This document shows positions 39,558-49,290 of a DNA stretch of 64,000 nt, one piece after another. A model generated the notes under the pieces. That model did no database searches and had not been told where the DNA came from. It saw only the letters and a program-made list of their open reading frames with translations. The translations under genes and the position numbers were made by a program. Source of the DNA: Candidatus Omnitrophota bacterium (lineage in GTDB: Bacteria > Omnitrophota > Gorgyraeia > 2-01-FULL-45-10); contig JAUYOL010000011.1 of assembly GCA_030695905.1 (NCBI GenBank), positions 7,887 through 71,886 on the forward strand. The letters run 5' to 3'. Numbering within the stretch: position 1 is the stretch's first letter; every line of letters begins with the position of its first letter.

Positions 39558-41230
39558 GCTAAACCACCGTCTATCATCTTATTTATGGCTTCGCCTGCCG
39601 GCACCATAGGAAAAACATTCTCTTCCTGTTCGACGCGAAAATCAATAAAGACTACATTGTCCGTCTTTAATGCTTTCTCGATCGCCGATTTGACTTCGCT
39701 TTTTTTGGTAACACGTATGCCGACAGCGCCGTAGCTTTCGGCGAGTTTTACAAAATCAGGGCACGTCCCGCAAAGGGTCGTATATGAATATCTTTTTTTA
39801 TAGAATAACTCCTGCCACTGCCTGACCATTCCAAGATAGCAATTATTCAATATCGCGACCTTAACCGGCACTTTGTTTATAACCGCTGTCGCGAGTTCCT
39901 GTATATTCATCTGTATAGACCCATCACCCGCTATATCAAAAACGGGCATTTCGGGCCTTCCTATCTTCGCGCCTATAGCGGCCGGAAAACCATACCCCAT
40001 AGTACCCAGTCCGCCGGAAGAGAGTATTGTCCTGGGCAGTAAAAATTTGTAGAACTGGGCGGCCCACATCTGATGCTGCCCGACTTCGGTCGCGATTATC
40101 GCTTTGCCCTTGGTAATTTCATATATCTGCTCTACAACATACTGCGGACGTAACTTATCGTCATTTTTATACTTGAGCGGAAAATTCTTCTTCCATCCGT
40201 CTATTTGCTTAAGCCAATCTTTCGTATCCGGCTTTTTAACTATTTTGTTGAGCTGTTTCAAAACTTCTTTGGCGTCTCCGACTACGGGTATATCGACATC
40301 GACGGTCTTTGAAACACTCGCCGGATCTATGTCTATATGCACTATCTTCGCATGAGGCGCAAACGCGTCTATCTTTCCGGTGACCCTGTCGTCAAACCTG
40401 GCTCCGATGGCAACAATAAGGTCCGATTCCATTATCGCGTGGTTAGCGTAAGCCGTGCCATGCATGCCGGGCATCCCCAATGAAAGTTTGTGGTCCTGCG
40501 GGAACGCGCCCAATCCCAAAAGTGTCATCGTTACCGGTATCTCATTTTTAATAGCGAGAGATCTCACTTCTTCGGACGCGTCCGAAGACATCGCGCCGCC
40601 GCCCACATATAGCACCGGCCTCTTTGAATCGGCGATAGCCTTCGCCATCTTCTTTATCTGCCCCGGATGGCCTTTGTATGTAGGATTATATCCGCGTATA
40701 TCGACCTTATCAGGATAGACAAACTCCGTCTCCTGCATCTGTATATCACTGGGTATATCAACGAGCACCGGACCTGGCCTGCCGGTAGAAGCGATATGAA
40801 ATGCCTCTTTTATGGTCCTGGCAAGATCCTTAACATCTTCGACCAGATAATTGTGTTTGGTTATAGGCCTCGTTATACCGGTGATGTCGGCTTCCTGAAA
40901 CGCGTCATTGCCTATAAGAAAGCTTTTGACCTGCCCTGTCAACGCCACCATAGGGATAGAGTCCATATATGCGGTGGCGATTCCCGTAACAAGGTTGGTC
41001 GCGCCCGGGCCCGACGTCGCGAGGCATACGCCAACCCTGCCGGTAGCTCGCGCGTAACCATCGGCGGCATGCGCTGCCGCCTGCTCATGCCGTGTCAGGA
41101 TAAATTTAATCGGCGCGTCGTATAGTTGGTCGAATATCGGCAATACCTGTCCGCCGGGGTAGCCGAATAATACCTCGACGCCCTCTTTCTTCAAACACTC
41201 TATTAATATTTTTGCGCCTGTAAGTTTCAT
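39554..41230 (-). CDS. ilvB: Acetolactate synthase large subunit
   Basis: ThDP enzyme with GDG...N TPP motif, 558 aa. Confidence 0.9.
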   Translation of the reverse strand: MKLTGAKILIECLKKEGVEVLFGYPGGQVLPIFDQLYDAPIKFILTRHEQAAAHAADGYARATGRVGVCLATSGPGATNLVTGIATAYMDSIPMVALTGQVKSFLIGNDAFQEADITGITRPITKHNYLVEDVKDLARTIKEAFHIASTGRPGPVLVDIPSDIQMQETEFVYPDKVDIRGYNPTYKGHPGQIKKMAKAIADSKRPVLYVGGGAMSSDASEEVRSLAIKNEIPVTMTLLGLGAFPQDHKLSLGMPGMHGTAYANHAIMESDLIVAIGARFDDRVTGKIDAFAPHAKIVHIDIDPASVSKTVDVDIPVVGDAKEVLKQLNKIVKKPDTKDWLKQIDGWKKNFPLKYKNDDKLRPQYVVEQIYEITKGKAIIATEVGQHQMWAAQFYKFLLPRTILSSGGLGTMGYGFPAAIGAKIGRPEMPVFDIAGDGSIQMNIQELATAVINKVPVKVAILNNCYLGMVRQWQELFYKKRYSYTTLCGTCPDFVKLAESYGAVGIRVTKKSEVKSAIEKALKTDNVVFIDFRVEQEENVFPMVPAGEAINKMIDGGLA

Positions 41231-41233
41231 TTT

Positions 41234-42889
41234 TTAAACCTTAAGTATTGCGCCTTCTGACGCGGACGAAACGAATTTAGCGTATCGCGCCAGGTATCCT
41301 TCTTTCTCTTTAATCTCCGGAGCATGCCATTTAGCCATGCGCGATTTTATCTCGGATTCGCTCAATTTTAGCTCCAATTTTCTTTTTGGAATATCTATAA
41401 CTATCTCATCGCCGTCCTGCACGATAGCGATAATCCCTCCTATTTGAGCTTCGGGTGAAATATGGCCGATGCACGGCCCCTGTGTTCCGCCCGAAAATCT
41501 TCCGTCGGTAATCAATGCCACATCATCCGCTAAACCCATCCCGACTATAGCGGCAGTCGGAGATAGCATCTCTCTCATGCCGGGGCCGCCCTTGGGCCCT
41601 TCATAGCGTATGACTATACAATCGCCTTTTTTGATCTTACCGGCCATGATAGCCTGCATACACGTCTCTTCAGATTCAAAGACCCGCGCCTTACCTGTAA
41701 AATTCATCATCTTCGCCGACACCGCGGTCTGTTTTACAACTGCTCCTTCCGGGGCTAAGTTGCCTTTTAAGACGGCTATACCGCCTTCGGCGTGATATGG
41801 GTTCTTTATATCGCGTATCACATTCTCATCCAGAACCTGGGCATCATTAGCTATCTGGCTAATCTGTTTACCACTGCAAGTCATAACATCATTGAGGACA
41901 TTCTTCATCCTCTTCATAATAGCGGGTATCCCACCGGCATATTCCAAATCTTCCATGAAATGCTCTCCGCCGGGTAGAATGTTTGTGATATGCGGTGTGG
42001 TGCGTGAAATCTTATCGAATTCGTCTATGTTAAGGCTTATATCGAATTCGCGCGCTATTGCCAATAGATGTAAAACTGTATTTGTTGACCCGCCAAGCGC
42101 CATATCGATCTTTATCGCGTTCTCAAACGCCTCTTTTCTCATTATGGTCCGCGGCAAAATATTGCGCCTGACTAAATTAACTATCTTCTCGCCGGACTCC
42201 TGCGCTATCCTGTCTTTTTTAGCGGAGACGGCCATAGCCGTAGCGCAACCCGGAACGCTCATGCCCAGCGCCTCGGTTATACATGACATCGAATTCGCGG
42301 TATACAACCCCTGGCACGCGCCCGCCCCTGGGCACGCGCACATCTCAAGATTACACATCTCTTCCTGTGAAATATCGCCTTTTTTGAACTTGCCTACCGC
42401 TTCAAAAGTATCTTTAACGAGCGATAGTCGCCTGCCCCTGTAATTTCCGCTCATCATAGGCCCCGCGGTAACAACAATAGATGGAATATTCAAACGGCCC
42501 ACACCCATAAGCATACCGGGAGTGATCTTATCGCAATTGGTCAGACAAACGAGCCCGTCAAAAGAGTGCGCTTTGCAGATAGTCTCGACCATGTCCGCTA
42601 TGAGCTCTCGCGAAGCAAGGGAGTATTTCATGCCTCCGTGGCCCATCGCGATACCATCGCAGATTCCCGGAATACCGAAGAAGAAAGGAACGCCGCCTGC
42701 CGCGCATATTCCGCGCTCAATAAACCTCTCTAACCTGTCCATGTGTATGTGGCCGGGGATAATATCTGTCTTTGACGTAGCAACCGCTATAAACGGCTTA
42801 GCCATGTCATCTTTGGATATACCCGTGGCGTATAAAAGGCTTCTTGCTCCCGCCCTCTCAATACCCTTTTTTATCTTATCGCTCTTCAT
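41234..42889 (-). CDS. ilvD: Dihydroxy-acid dehydratase
   Basis: 551 aa with CDKITP Fe-S Cys motif and SGGT. Confidence 0.95.
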   Translation of the reverse strand: MKSDKIKKGIERAGARSLLYATGISKDDMAKPFIAVATSKTDIIPGHIHMDRLERFIERGICAAGGVPFFFGIPGICDGIAMGHGGMKYSLASRELIADMVETICKAHSFDGLVCLTNCDKITPGMLMGVGRLNIPSIVVTAGPMMSGNYRGRRLSLVKDTFEAVGKFKKGDISQEEMCNLEMCACPGAGACQGLYTANSMSCITEALGMSVPGCATAMAVSAKKDRIAQESGEKIVNLVRRNILPRTIMRKEAFENAIKIDMALGGSTNTVLHLLAIAREFDISLNIDEFDKISRTTPHITNILPGGEHFMEDLEYAGGIPAIMKRMKNVLNDVMTCSGKQISQIANDAQVLDENVIRDIKNPYHAEGGIAVLKGNLAPEGAVVKQTAVSAKMMNFTGKARVFESEETCMQAIMAGKIKKGDCIVIRYEGPKGGPGMREMLSPTAAIVGMGLADDVALITDGRFSGGTQGPCIGHISPEAQIGGIIAIVQDGDEIVIDIPKRKLELKLSESEIKSRMAKWHAPEIKEKEGYLARYAKFVSSASEGAILKV

Positions 42890-42916
42890 GTATGTTCTCC
42901 TCGTATAAGCATAAAA

Positions 42917-42945
42917 TTATATACTATATCTTTATGGGGTGTCAA
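42917..42945 (-). promoter_or_regulatory. Sigma70-like promoter TTGACA-N16-TATATAAT upstream of ilvD
   Basis: Minus strand ...catTTGACAccccataaagatatagTATATAATtttatgcttatacGAGGAGaacatacATG. Confidence 0.5.
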
Positions 42946-42970
42946 ATGAATTAAATGTAAGAAAATGGCT

Positions 42971-44137
42971 TTATTCCGAGTAGATACGCGGGACGCGATT
43001 TGATATGCCGCAGATAAAATCATAGGCTATTGTGCCGGCAAGACGGGCCAATTGTTCTATGCGTATTTCGTGCCTGCCCTGTTTCCCTATTAAAACCACT
43101 TCGTCACCTACCTTAACGCCTCTTACATGGCCCACATCTATCATGGTCTGGTCCATGGTAACCTTGCCCACAACAGGCGCAAATTGTCCGCGGACAAGGA
43201 CTTGGGCTTTATTTGAAACTCCCCTATTATAGCCATCGGCATAGCCTATAGGCACAGTGGCCACCTTTGTGGGCCTCTGGCTGATGAATGTCCTGCCATA
43301 ACTTATTGAGCGTCCGGGAGGTATATCTTTTATAAACACAATTTTTGTCTTTAAAGACATGGCCGGCTTTAATTTAATGAGTTTTGGGAATGTGTGCTTA
43401 GGATACATGCCGTATATGATAAGGCCCGGGCGGACAAGATTAAGGTGTGATCTTTTAAAATCGACTGTAGCGATAGAGTTGGCCGCGTGCTTTAAAGGTA
43501 TCTTTATCCAGCTCTTCTCTATCGAGGCCAGCAGCCTTTCGAAGGACTCTATCTGGTAACTTGTAAAAAATTCGTCGCGGCCGGCGCTCGAAAAATGCGT
43601 GTAAATCCCTTCCATCGCTACGGTCTTTTCAGCCGCTATCTCTTTTACGAATGCAAGCGCGTCTTCATGCCATATACCGATACGGCCCATGCCCGTATCT
43701 ACCTTTATGTGCACTTTGATCTTTGGGTCGCCAGGCTCTTCCTGTTTTGCCAGTCTCTTTATTTCATTAAATATTTCGTCATTGCAAAGAGTTATAGCTA
43801 TATCGCGGTATTTGGCTATCTTTACTTCCTCGGGCAATATAGAGCCCAATATCAATATGGGCGTCTTTATACCATGGTCTCTAATGCGCACCGCCTCATC
43901 CGTAGTGGCAACGCCCAAATAATTAACGCCTATATTCTCAAGCACCCTGGCAATCTCCACGGTGCCATGCCCATAGGCGTTTGCTTTTACCACGGCCATT
44001 AACATTACATCTTTGCCGACAAGGCGTTTTACCTGCGTATAGTTATGCTCTATGGCGCCTAAGTCTACATCGGCCCATGTGGGACGATAACGCGCCCTGG
44101 TAACTCCGTTTCTTGTTTTTACGGGAATTGCGTTCAT
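42971..44137 (-). CDS. alr: Alanine racemase
   Basis: VVKANAYGHG PLP-Lys motif. The start was set to the ATG at 44137 that forms an ATGA overlap with the tsaB stop. The track start at 44155 is 6 codons upstream. Confidence 0.85.
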   Translation of the reverse strand: MNAIPVKTRNGVTRARYRPTWADVDLGAIEHNYTQVKRLVGKDVMLMAVVKANAYGHGTVEIARVLENIGVNYLGVATTDEAVRIRDHGIKTPILILGSILPEEVKIAKYRDIAITLCNDEIFNEIKRLAKQEEPGDPKIKVHIKVDTGMGRIGIWHEDALAFVKEIAAEKTVAMEGIYTHFSSAGRDEFFTSYQIESFERLLASIEKSWIKIPLKHAANSIATVDFKRSHLNLVRPGLIIYGMYPKHTFPKLIKLKPAMSLKTKIVFIKDIPPGRSISYGRTFISQRPTKVATVPIGYADGYNRGVSNKAQVLVRGQFAPVVGKVTMDQTMIDVGHVRGVKVGDEVVLIGKQGRHEIRIEQLARLAGTIAYDFICGISNRVPRIYSE

Positions 44138-44814
44138 CGGCCGGTCACATCGCATTCTTTAGAATATATATACATAGGCTCAAGGTCCTGTGCCTTAATA
44201 AATTTTTTCTTCTTAAAATCTTCTGCCGCCAAACGCGCCACAATTTCCGCTTTCGGATGATAATCTTTGAGAACCTTACCTCCCCTCCCGGAGGGGAAAT
44301 GGTTTTCCCCTCCGGGAGGGGAAATGGCGTCACCTAAAAACAAAACTTTATCATATTTTTCCAATTTTCTCAATAGATCATCGAGCGGCAAAAGCAGATA
44401 TTTTGATAATCTCTTTATTATAGACCCGTCCGATCTATACAGGCAGGCATAAACTTTATTTTTTCGCGCGTCCAACACGGGGCATATTATGCCTTTAAAC
44501 TTCCTGGCGTTCATAGCTATAACATCGAGCGTTGGCACGGCTATTACAGGTTTATTTAAAGCAAAGGCAAGCCCTTTCACAACTGTAACTCCTATGCGCA
44601 ATCCCGTAAACGAACCCGGGCCTACGCTTATCGCGAAACAATCTATCTCTTTTATTCTGATCTTCGCTTTTTTTAAGAGCTTATCTATCGTAGGCACCAG
44701 TAAAATGGAGTGCCTCATATCGGCCTTCTTATGAAATTTCGCTATCACCTTATCGGCCTTAAGCACCGCCAGGCTTAAATAATCCGTGGATGTATCTATA
44801 GCAAGTATTATCAT
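44134..44814 (-). CDS. tsaB: tRNA threonylcarbamoyladenosine biosynthesis protein TsaB
   Basis: YeaZ-like N-terminus MIILAIDTSTDYLSLAV...GPGSFTGLRIG. Confidence 0.85.
   Translation of the reverse strand: MIILAIDTSTDYLSLAVLKADKVIAKFHKKADMRHSILLVPTIDKLLKKAKIRIKEIDCFAISVGPGSFTGLRIGVTVVKGLAFALNKPVIAVPTLDVIAMNARKFKGIICPVLDARKNKVYACLYRSDGSIIKRLSKYLLLPLDDLLRKLEKYDKVLFLGDAISPPGGENHFPSGRGGKVLKDYHPKAEIVARLAAEDFKKKKFIKAQDLEPMYIYSKECDVTGR
44281..44328. repeat. Two tandem copies (~24-25 bp) of a GC-rich palindrome CCCCTCC(C/G)GGAGGGG-AAATGG, inserted in-frame in tsaB (encodes ISPPGGENHFPSGRGG)
   Basis: tcccctcccggaggggaaatggtt ttcccctccgggaggggaaatggc read directly. The GC content is far above that of the surrounding coding sequence. 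Confidence 0.75.
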
Positions 44815-45224
44815 AATATCTCTATCTTCCGCTTCTCTTCTCCGGCCACGGAGAATCTCACTTCAGTATATTTTTTTGGCAAAAGCTGCCGTATCTTATC
44901 AGCCCATTCTATAACGGTCACGCCGTCGCTATAAAAATATTCTTCGTAGTTCATCGCGTCAAATGAAGAATAGTGGTCAAGCCGGTATAGGTCGAAGTGA
45001 TACAAGGGCATCTTTCCTTTATACTCTTTTATAATAACAAATGTGGGGCTATTCACATAACGGGCGTTCTTCACGCCAAGGCCTTGAGCTATGCCTTTTG
45101 TAAAGACGGTCTTGCCGGATCCTAAATCTCCCACTAATGCCACGACCGAGCCTTTCTTAAGCTTTGCTCCTAATTTTTCGCCAAGCGCGATCGTCTGGCC
45201 TATACTTTTGGATATTATCTTCAA
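44811..45224 (-). CDS. tsaE: tRNA threonylcarbamoyladenosine biosynthesis protein TsaE
   Basis: VALVGDLGSGKT P-loop, 137 aa. Confidence 0.85.
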   Translation of the reverse strand: MKIISKSIGQTIALGEKLGAKLKKGSVVALVGDLGSGKTVFTKGIAQGLGVKNARYVNSPTFVIIKEYKGKMPLYHFDLYRLDHYSSFDAMNYEEYFYSDGVTVIEWADKIRQLLPKKYTEVRFSVAGEEKRKIEIL

Positions 45225-46132
45225 AAGTGCGTATATCCTTTTACTTTTATGCCTTCCTCTTTGCCCTTCTCCCTGATAATTTTATATCCGTACTTTTTAT
45301 CCGTTATCTCGCCTATCAATGAGATGCGCGTTCCCGCCTTCGAGAAATTACGCCGCAGCAGTTTTTCCGCTTCTTTCGCGCCCATCGTAAATAACAATTC
45401 ATAATCCTCACCGTCGTATAGCGCGTTCTTTAAACTCACCGCGTCTCTGGAGAGGGGTATACTCTCTTCATATATGCACGAGCCCACGCGGCTTGCTTTC
45501 ATTATCCTGTAAAGATCCAGAGCAAGACCGTCGGACACATCTATCATTGAATTCACCTTAAAATTATTCACTATGTCTTGAGATTCCCGGACACGGGGCA
45601 TAAAATTAAGGTGCTTTCCTCTTATTGAGCCGCCAAACGAGCCCGTTACCAATATAAGATCGCCCGGTTTTGCGCCGCTGCGCAAGGCCAGGTTTTTCTT
45701 CTTAGCCTGCCCTATCAAAGAAACGTCGATAACTATTTTTTTGGATTCGGACATATCGCCGCCGACTATATTTACGCCGAATCCATCTGCCGCGGCCTTG
45801 AGGCCCTTGCATATACCGTCCGCTATTGACACATCGAGTCCGGAGTGTATTCCAAGAGAGACCACGGCGTGTTTTGGCACGCCGCCCATGGCGGCAATGT
45901 CGCTGATATTGCGCGCGAGCGCCTTCCATCCTATCTGAAAAGGCGTTGCCTTAGTTAACTTAAAATGCACATCCTCAATTGTCATGTCACAGGTAAAGAG
46001 AAGATAATTATTCTTGTCCCATTTTAAAACAGCCGTATCGTCCCCGCTGCCCTTTACAACAGAGTTGTCGAGACGAAAATTCTTCGCCAGGCGCTTTATT
46101 AGTTCTATTTCACCGATATTTTTGATCCGCAT
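45221..46132 (-). CDS. thiL: Thiamine-monophosphate kinase
   Basis: AIR-synthase-related fold (GDDTAVL, GGDMS). Confidence 0.85.
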   Translation of the reverse strand: MRIKNIGEIELIKRLAKNFRLDNSVVKGSGDDTAVLKWDKNNYLLFTCDMTIEDVHFKLTKATPFQIGWKALARNISDIAAMGGVPKHAVVSLGIHSGLDVSIADGICKGLKAAADGFGVNIVGGDMSESKKIVIDVSLIGQAKKKNLALRSGAKPGDLILVTGSFGGSIRGKHLNFMPRVRESQDIVNNFKVNSMIDVSDGLALDLYRIMKASRVGSCIYEESIPLSRDAVSLKNALYDGEDYELLFTMGAKEAEKLLRRNFSKAGTRISLIGEITDKKYGYKIIREKGKEEGIKVKGYTHF

Positions 46133-47133
46133 CTTTTAAATATTCCTTTTTCGGTTATTATGGCTGTTATCAATTTGGCCGGTGTAACATCAAAGGCCGG
46201 GTTATAGACTTTAACATTGCGCGGCGCCATCATCTTGCCGACTACGCCCCTTACTTCATTGCCGTCTCGCTCTTCTATGGGAATCTCCTTGCCTGTCTTC
46301 AGCCTAAAATCAAAAGTCGATATGGGTGCCACGACATAGAAAGGGATCTTGTGATAACCGGCTGATACAGCAAGGCTGTATGTGCCTATCTTATTTGCCG
46401 CGTCGCCGTTTGCGGCTATGCGGTCCGCCCCGACGAATATCATATCTATCTTGCCCTTCTCCATAAGGCTCGCCGCCATGTTGTCACAGATCAATGTCGT
46501 ATCTATGCCTTCACGCATCAATTCCCATGTGGTAAGACGCGCTCCCTGTAACAATGGCCTGGTCTCATCTACATACGCTTTTATATTCTTGCCCTGTTTA
46601 TTCGCCTTAAAGAGCACTCCCAAAGCTGTCCCATAATCCGCCGTGGCGAGCCCTCCCGCATTGCAATGCGTGAGTATTCTCGAGCCCTTCTTTACAAGGC
46701 TCGCGCCATGGCGTGCCATGCGCCGGCAGGCTGACTTATCTTCATCGATAATTTTAAGCGCCTCTTTCAATAATATATTCTTTATCTGCGGAATGGTATT
46801 TTTTCTGTGCTCATAAGCGGCCTTTTCCATCCTCTCAAGCGCCCAAAATAGATTTACCGCTGTCGGACGCGAGGAGCCCAAATACAAAACGTGTCTTCTC
46901 ATCTCTTTAAAAAATGCGTTAAAATTTCCCGCCCCGGAATCTTTAATTCCGATAATCACGCCTAATGCCCCCGCTATGCCGATTGCCGGAGCCCCGCGGA
47001 TCTCCAGGCGCTTTATCGCGCGCCAGAGCCTGCGGACATCATCTGTCGAAACAACTTTAAACTTATGCGGCAATAGCGTCTGGTCTATAAATCTGATTTT
47101 ACCGTTCTTAAATGTAATCGTCTCTACCGGCAT
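46105..47133 (-). CDS. mtnA: Methylthioribose-1-phosphate isomerase (eIF-2B-like family)
   Basis: RGAPAIGIAGALG motif, 342 aa. Confidence 0.8.
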   Translation of the reverse strand: MPVETITFKNGKIRFIDQTLLPHKFKVVSTDDVRRLWRAIKRLEIRGAPAIGIAGALGVIIGIKDSGAGNFNAFFKEMRRHVLYLGSSRPTAVNLFWALERMEKAAYEHRKNTIPQIKNILLKEALKIIDEDKSACRRMARHGASLVKKGSRILTHCNAGGLATADYGTALGVLFKANKQGKNIKAYVDETRPLLQGARLTTWELMREGIDTTLICDNMAASLMEKGKIDMIFVGADRIAANGDAANKIGTYSLAVSAGYHKIPFYVVAPISTFDFRLKTGKEIPIEERDGNEVRGVVGKMMAPRNVKVYNPAFDVTPAKLITAIITEKGIFKRCGSKISVK

Positions 47134-47143
47134 CCTTCCTCCC

Positions 47144-48253
47144 CTATCCCCAGATCATCTTTGTCAAAATATTCCGCTTAATAGATATAGCCTTATACGG
47201 ACATACCTCGTGACAACACAGGCATCTGATACACTTTTTATAATCGATTTCGCAATGGCCTTCTTCTATGGTTATACAGTCAGCGGGGCAAGTAACTTTA
47301 CACAGATTGCACCTTCTGCATATGTCTTTATCTATGTATGGCTTGAATCTTACAAGCGACGCCAACGCGTTCAGTACGCTCTTGGGCAATATCTTCAATG
47401 GCGTTGTCTGCGGCAGTTTAAAATCTTTAGTTATAAAATCGTTGATATCGTCGCCGACAAGTTCTATGCGCGAAAGATCGGCTTCTCCAAGCTCCATTTT
47501 ATAAACTTCCTTTGTAACGAGCACATCTAAAGATTTTAACCCTATTGTCTTCGCGATACAGGCATCTATGGCCACCGCGTCCGTTCCCGCCATCACAAGG
47601 TTCATCTTCCTGGGCGTGCCGGCGGAGGGGCCATCCCCCTCCATGGCCAGTATTCCATCCAAAACTGTGAGACCGGGCCTGGCCACTGAATACACTTTTG
47701 CCATTATCTTAGAGAAGTCCTCTTCTTTCGGCGCGCGCGAATGGCATTGGGCCTTATACAGCCCGACAACAGCCCCAAACATATTCTTTACCGCCGCGGT
47801 TATTACCGTAATGCTGTGCGTTTTGAATTTCGGTATCGATATAATAAAATCCGCGTCCAAAACATGCTGCGATAATGGTATCCCGTTAACTGATCTTGAT
47901 AATGTAAATTTTTTTATCTCGATCCCTTCCTGATCCGCGACACTCTTGATGCCGGAAGTCTCCAATATCTCATCTATATTATGGCCATAACCTCCCGGCG
48001 CGTCGCCTAAAGATACTATACCGCCCGCGCCCTTAACGAGCCGGGCAACCGCTCTCACAACTTCCGGATGCGTCGTAACCGCGTCTTCGGGCACATGCGG
48101 CGAAAGAAGGTTTGGTTTCAATAATACCTTCATGCCGGGCTTTATGAAGGCTTCTATGCCGCCTACAAGGCCTATCGCCCGCTGTACCGCGTCACGTACA
48201 TTGTTAGTATCGTAACTTTCGCATCGAGATATCGCTACTTTTACCATTCTCAA
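47144..48253 (-). CDS. DUF362-domain protein with C-terminal 2x[4Fe-4S] ferredoxin motifs
   Basis: CRRCNLCKVTCP and CIRCLCCHEVCP cluster motifs at the C-terminus. The N-terminal region is DUF362-like. Confidence 0.7.
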   Translation of the reverse strand: MRMVKVAISRCESYDTNNVRDAVQRAIGLVGGIEAFIKPGMKVLLKPNLLSPHVPEDAVTTHPEVVRAVARLVKGAGGIVSLGDAPGGYGHNIDEILETSGIKSVADQEGIEIKKFTLSRSVNGIPLSQHVLDADFIISIPKFKTHSITVITAAVKNMFGAVVGLYKAQCHSRAPKEEDFSKIMAKVYSVARPGLTVLDGILAMEGDGPSAGTPRKMNLVMAGTDAVAIDACIAKTIGLKSLDVLVTKEVYKMELGEADLSRIELVGDDINDFITKDFKLPQTTPLKILPKSVLNALASLVRFKPYIDKDICRRCNLCKVTCPADCITIEEGHCEIDYKKCIRCLCCHEVCPYKAISIKRNILTKMIWG

Positions 48254-49290
48254 ACTACTCCGGCCTGTTTTATCAGAAAAACCAGAAATACCATACTCAG
48301 GTTATGAGTTATATGCACCGTCATAGAAGATACCAGTGTACCTGTTTTTTCATATAGGAACGCCAACAAGATGCCCAGCGCCATTATGGGCAGAAATCCC
48401 ACTACATGCGAGTGTAGTGTAGCGAATATAGCCGCCGTTATCACCACAGACCATAGTACGCCTGTATATTTTTTTAAGGCATTGTACATGAAGCCCCTGA
48501 AGAATAGCTCTTCTACTATGGGTCCGAGTACAGCCGCGAAAAAACTCGAATACGTAAGGAATGCCACATCTTTTTCTTTTAAAAACATCTCTACCACAGG
48601 CTGTCTTTCGGGCACATATTTTGTTATGCTGATTATTATCGCGGTGACGGCCAATATTACCGCTAAAACCGGCAATAGCGCAATATATCCGACTATACCA
48701 TAAAACACATTTTTAAAAAAATTCTTGACCGAAAGCCCTAACGCCTCTAAATTCTCCTTATATTGAACGATAGAAAGATTTATTATAAAGACTACGGCCA
48801 ATATATCAAGGATCGTCGTATTGATTATCATCCTGATGTTATCCGATTTCAATATGGGAAAAATTCTTGCCCAGAACGCTTCCGCTATGATTAATATATA
48901 GCCGAAAAATAAAAAAAGAATGATAACCTTGCAAAGATCCCATATCGTCCATTTCGCGGCGGGCGGGCTTAAACTGCGTATGTCAAACTTTTTACTCAAT
49001 AACGACGAGAAGATGATAAAATCCAAAGACGTACCGAGCATCAGCATGGCCAGTATCAGCATCGTTGCCATGCCGAACAAAAGCATAAGCGGCCCATTCT
49101 TGCGCAGGGATTCTTCTATATCCGGCCTGCGGGCAAAAAGATCCTGGCTTAACTCCTGCCCGGCCTTAGCCTTTTTAACCTTCTCCGCCTTTTCGGGGCT
49201 TAAGAACATGATAGCGTTAAATAAAAGAACAAACACCAGTATAAGCAGATAGAGGCGCTCTTTATTGACAAAGTTTAATACTTTATTCAT
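48250..49290 (-). CDS. CPBP (CAAX/Abi-type) intramembrane metalloprotease
   Basis: Polytopic membrane protein with EELFFRG and the later FxxxH motifs. Confidence 0.75.
   Translation of the reverse strand: MNKVLNFVNKERLYLLILVFVLLFNAIMFLSPEKAEKVKKAKAGQELSQDLFARRPDIEESLRKNGPLMLLFGMATMLILAMLMLGTSLDFIIFSSLLSKKFDIRSLSPPAAKWTIWDLCKVIILFLFFGYILIIAEAFWARIFPILKSDNIRMIINTTILDILAVVFIINLSIVQYKENLEALGLSVKNFFKNVFYGIVGYIALLPVLAVILAVTAIIISITKYVPERQPVVEMFLKEKDVAFLTYSSFFAAVLGPIVEELFFRGFMYNALKKYTGVLWSVVITAAIFATLHSHVVGFLPIMALGILLAFLYEKTGTLVSSMTVHITHNLSMVFLVFLIKQAGVV

Noticed and set aside
42890-42970. Looked for a T-box, riboswitch or attenuator leader upstream of ilvD, and likewise upstream of metG and thiL.
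   Set aside because: The spacers are only ~30-80 nt or the genes overlap their neighbours. No specifier/antiterminator architecture or thi-box was seen.
44281-44328. Possible CRISPR-like or short tandem repeat array.
   Set aside because: Only two units with no spacers, located inside the tsaB coding sequence and kept in-frame. It is interpreted as an intragenic palindromic element instead. No CRISPR array was seen anywhere in the window.
45702-45929. 75-aa Arg-rich minus-strand ORF inside thiL in another frame.
   Set aside because: Overlaps thiL entirely on the same strand. Its composition (R/G/Y-rich) is a typical off-frame artefact.
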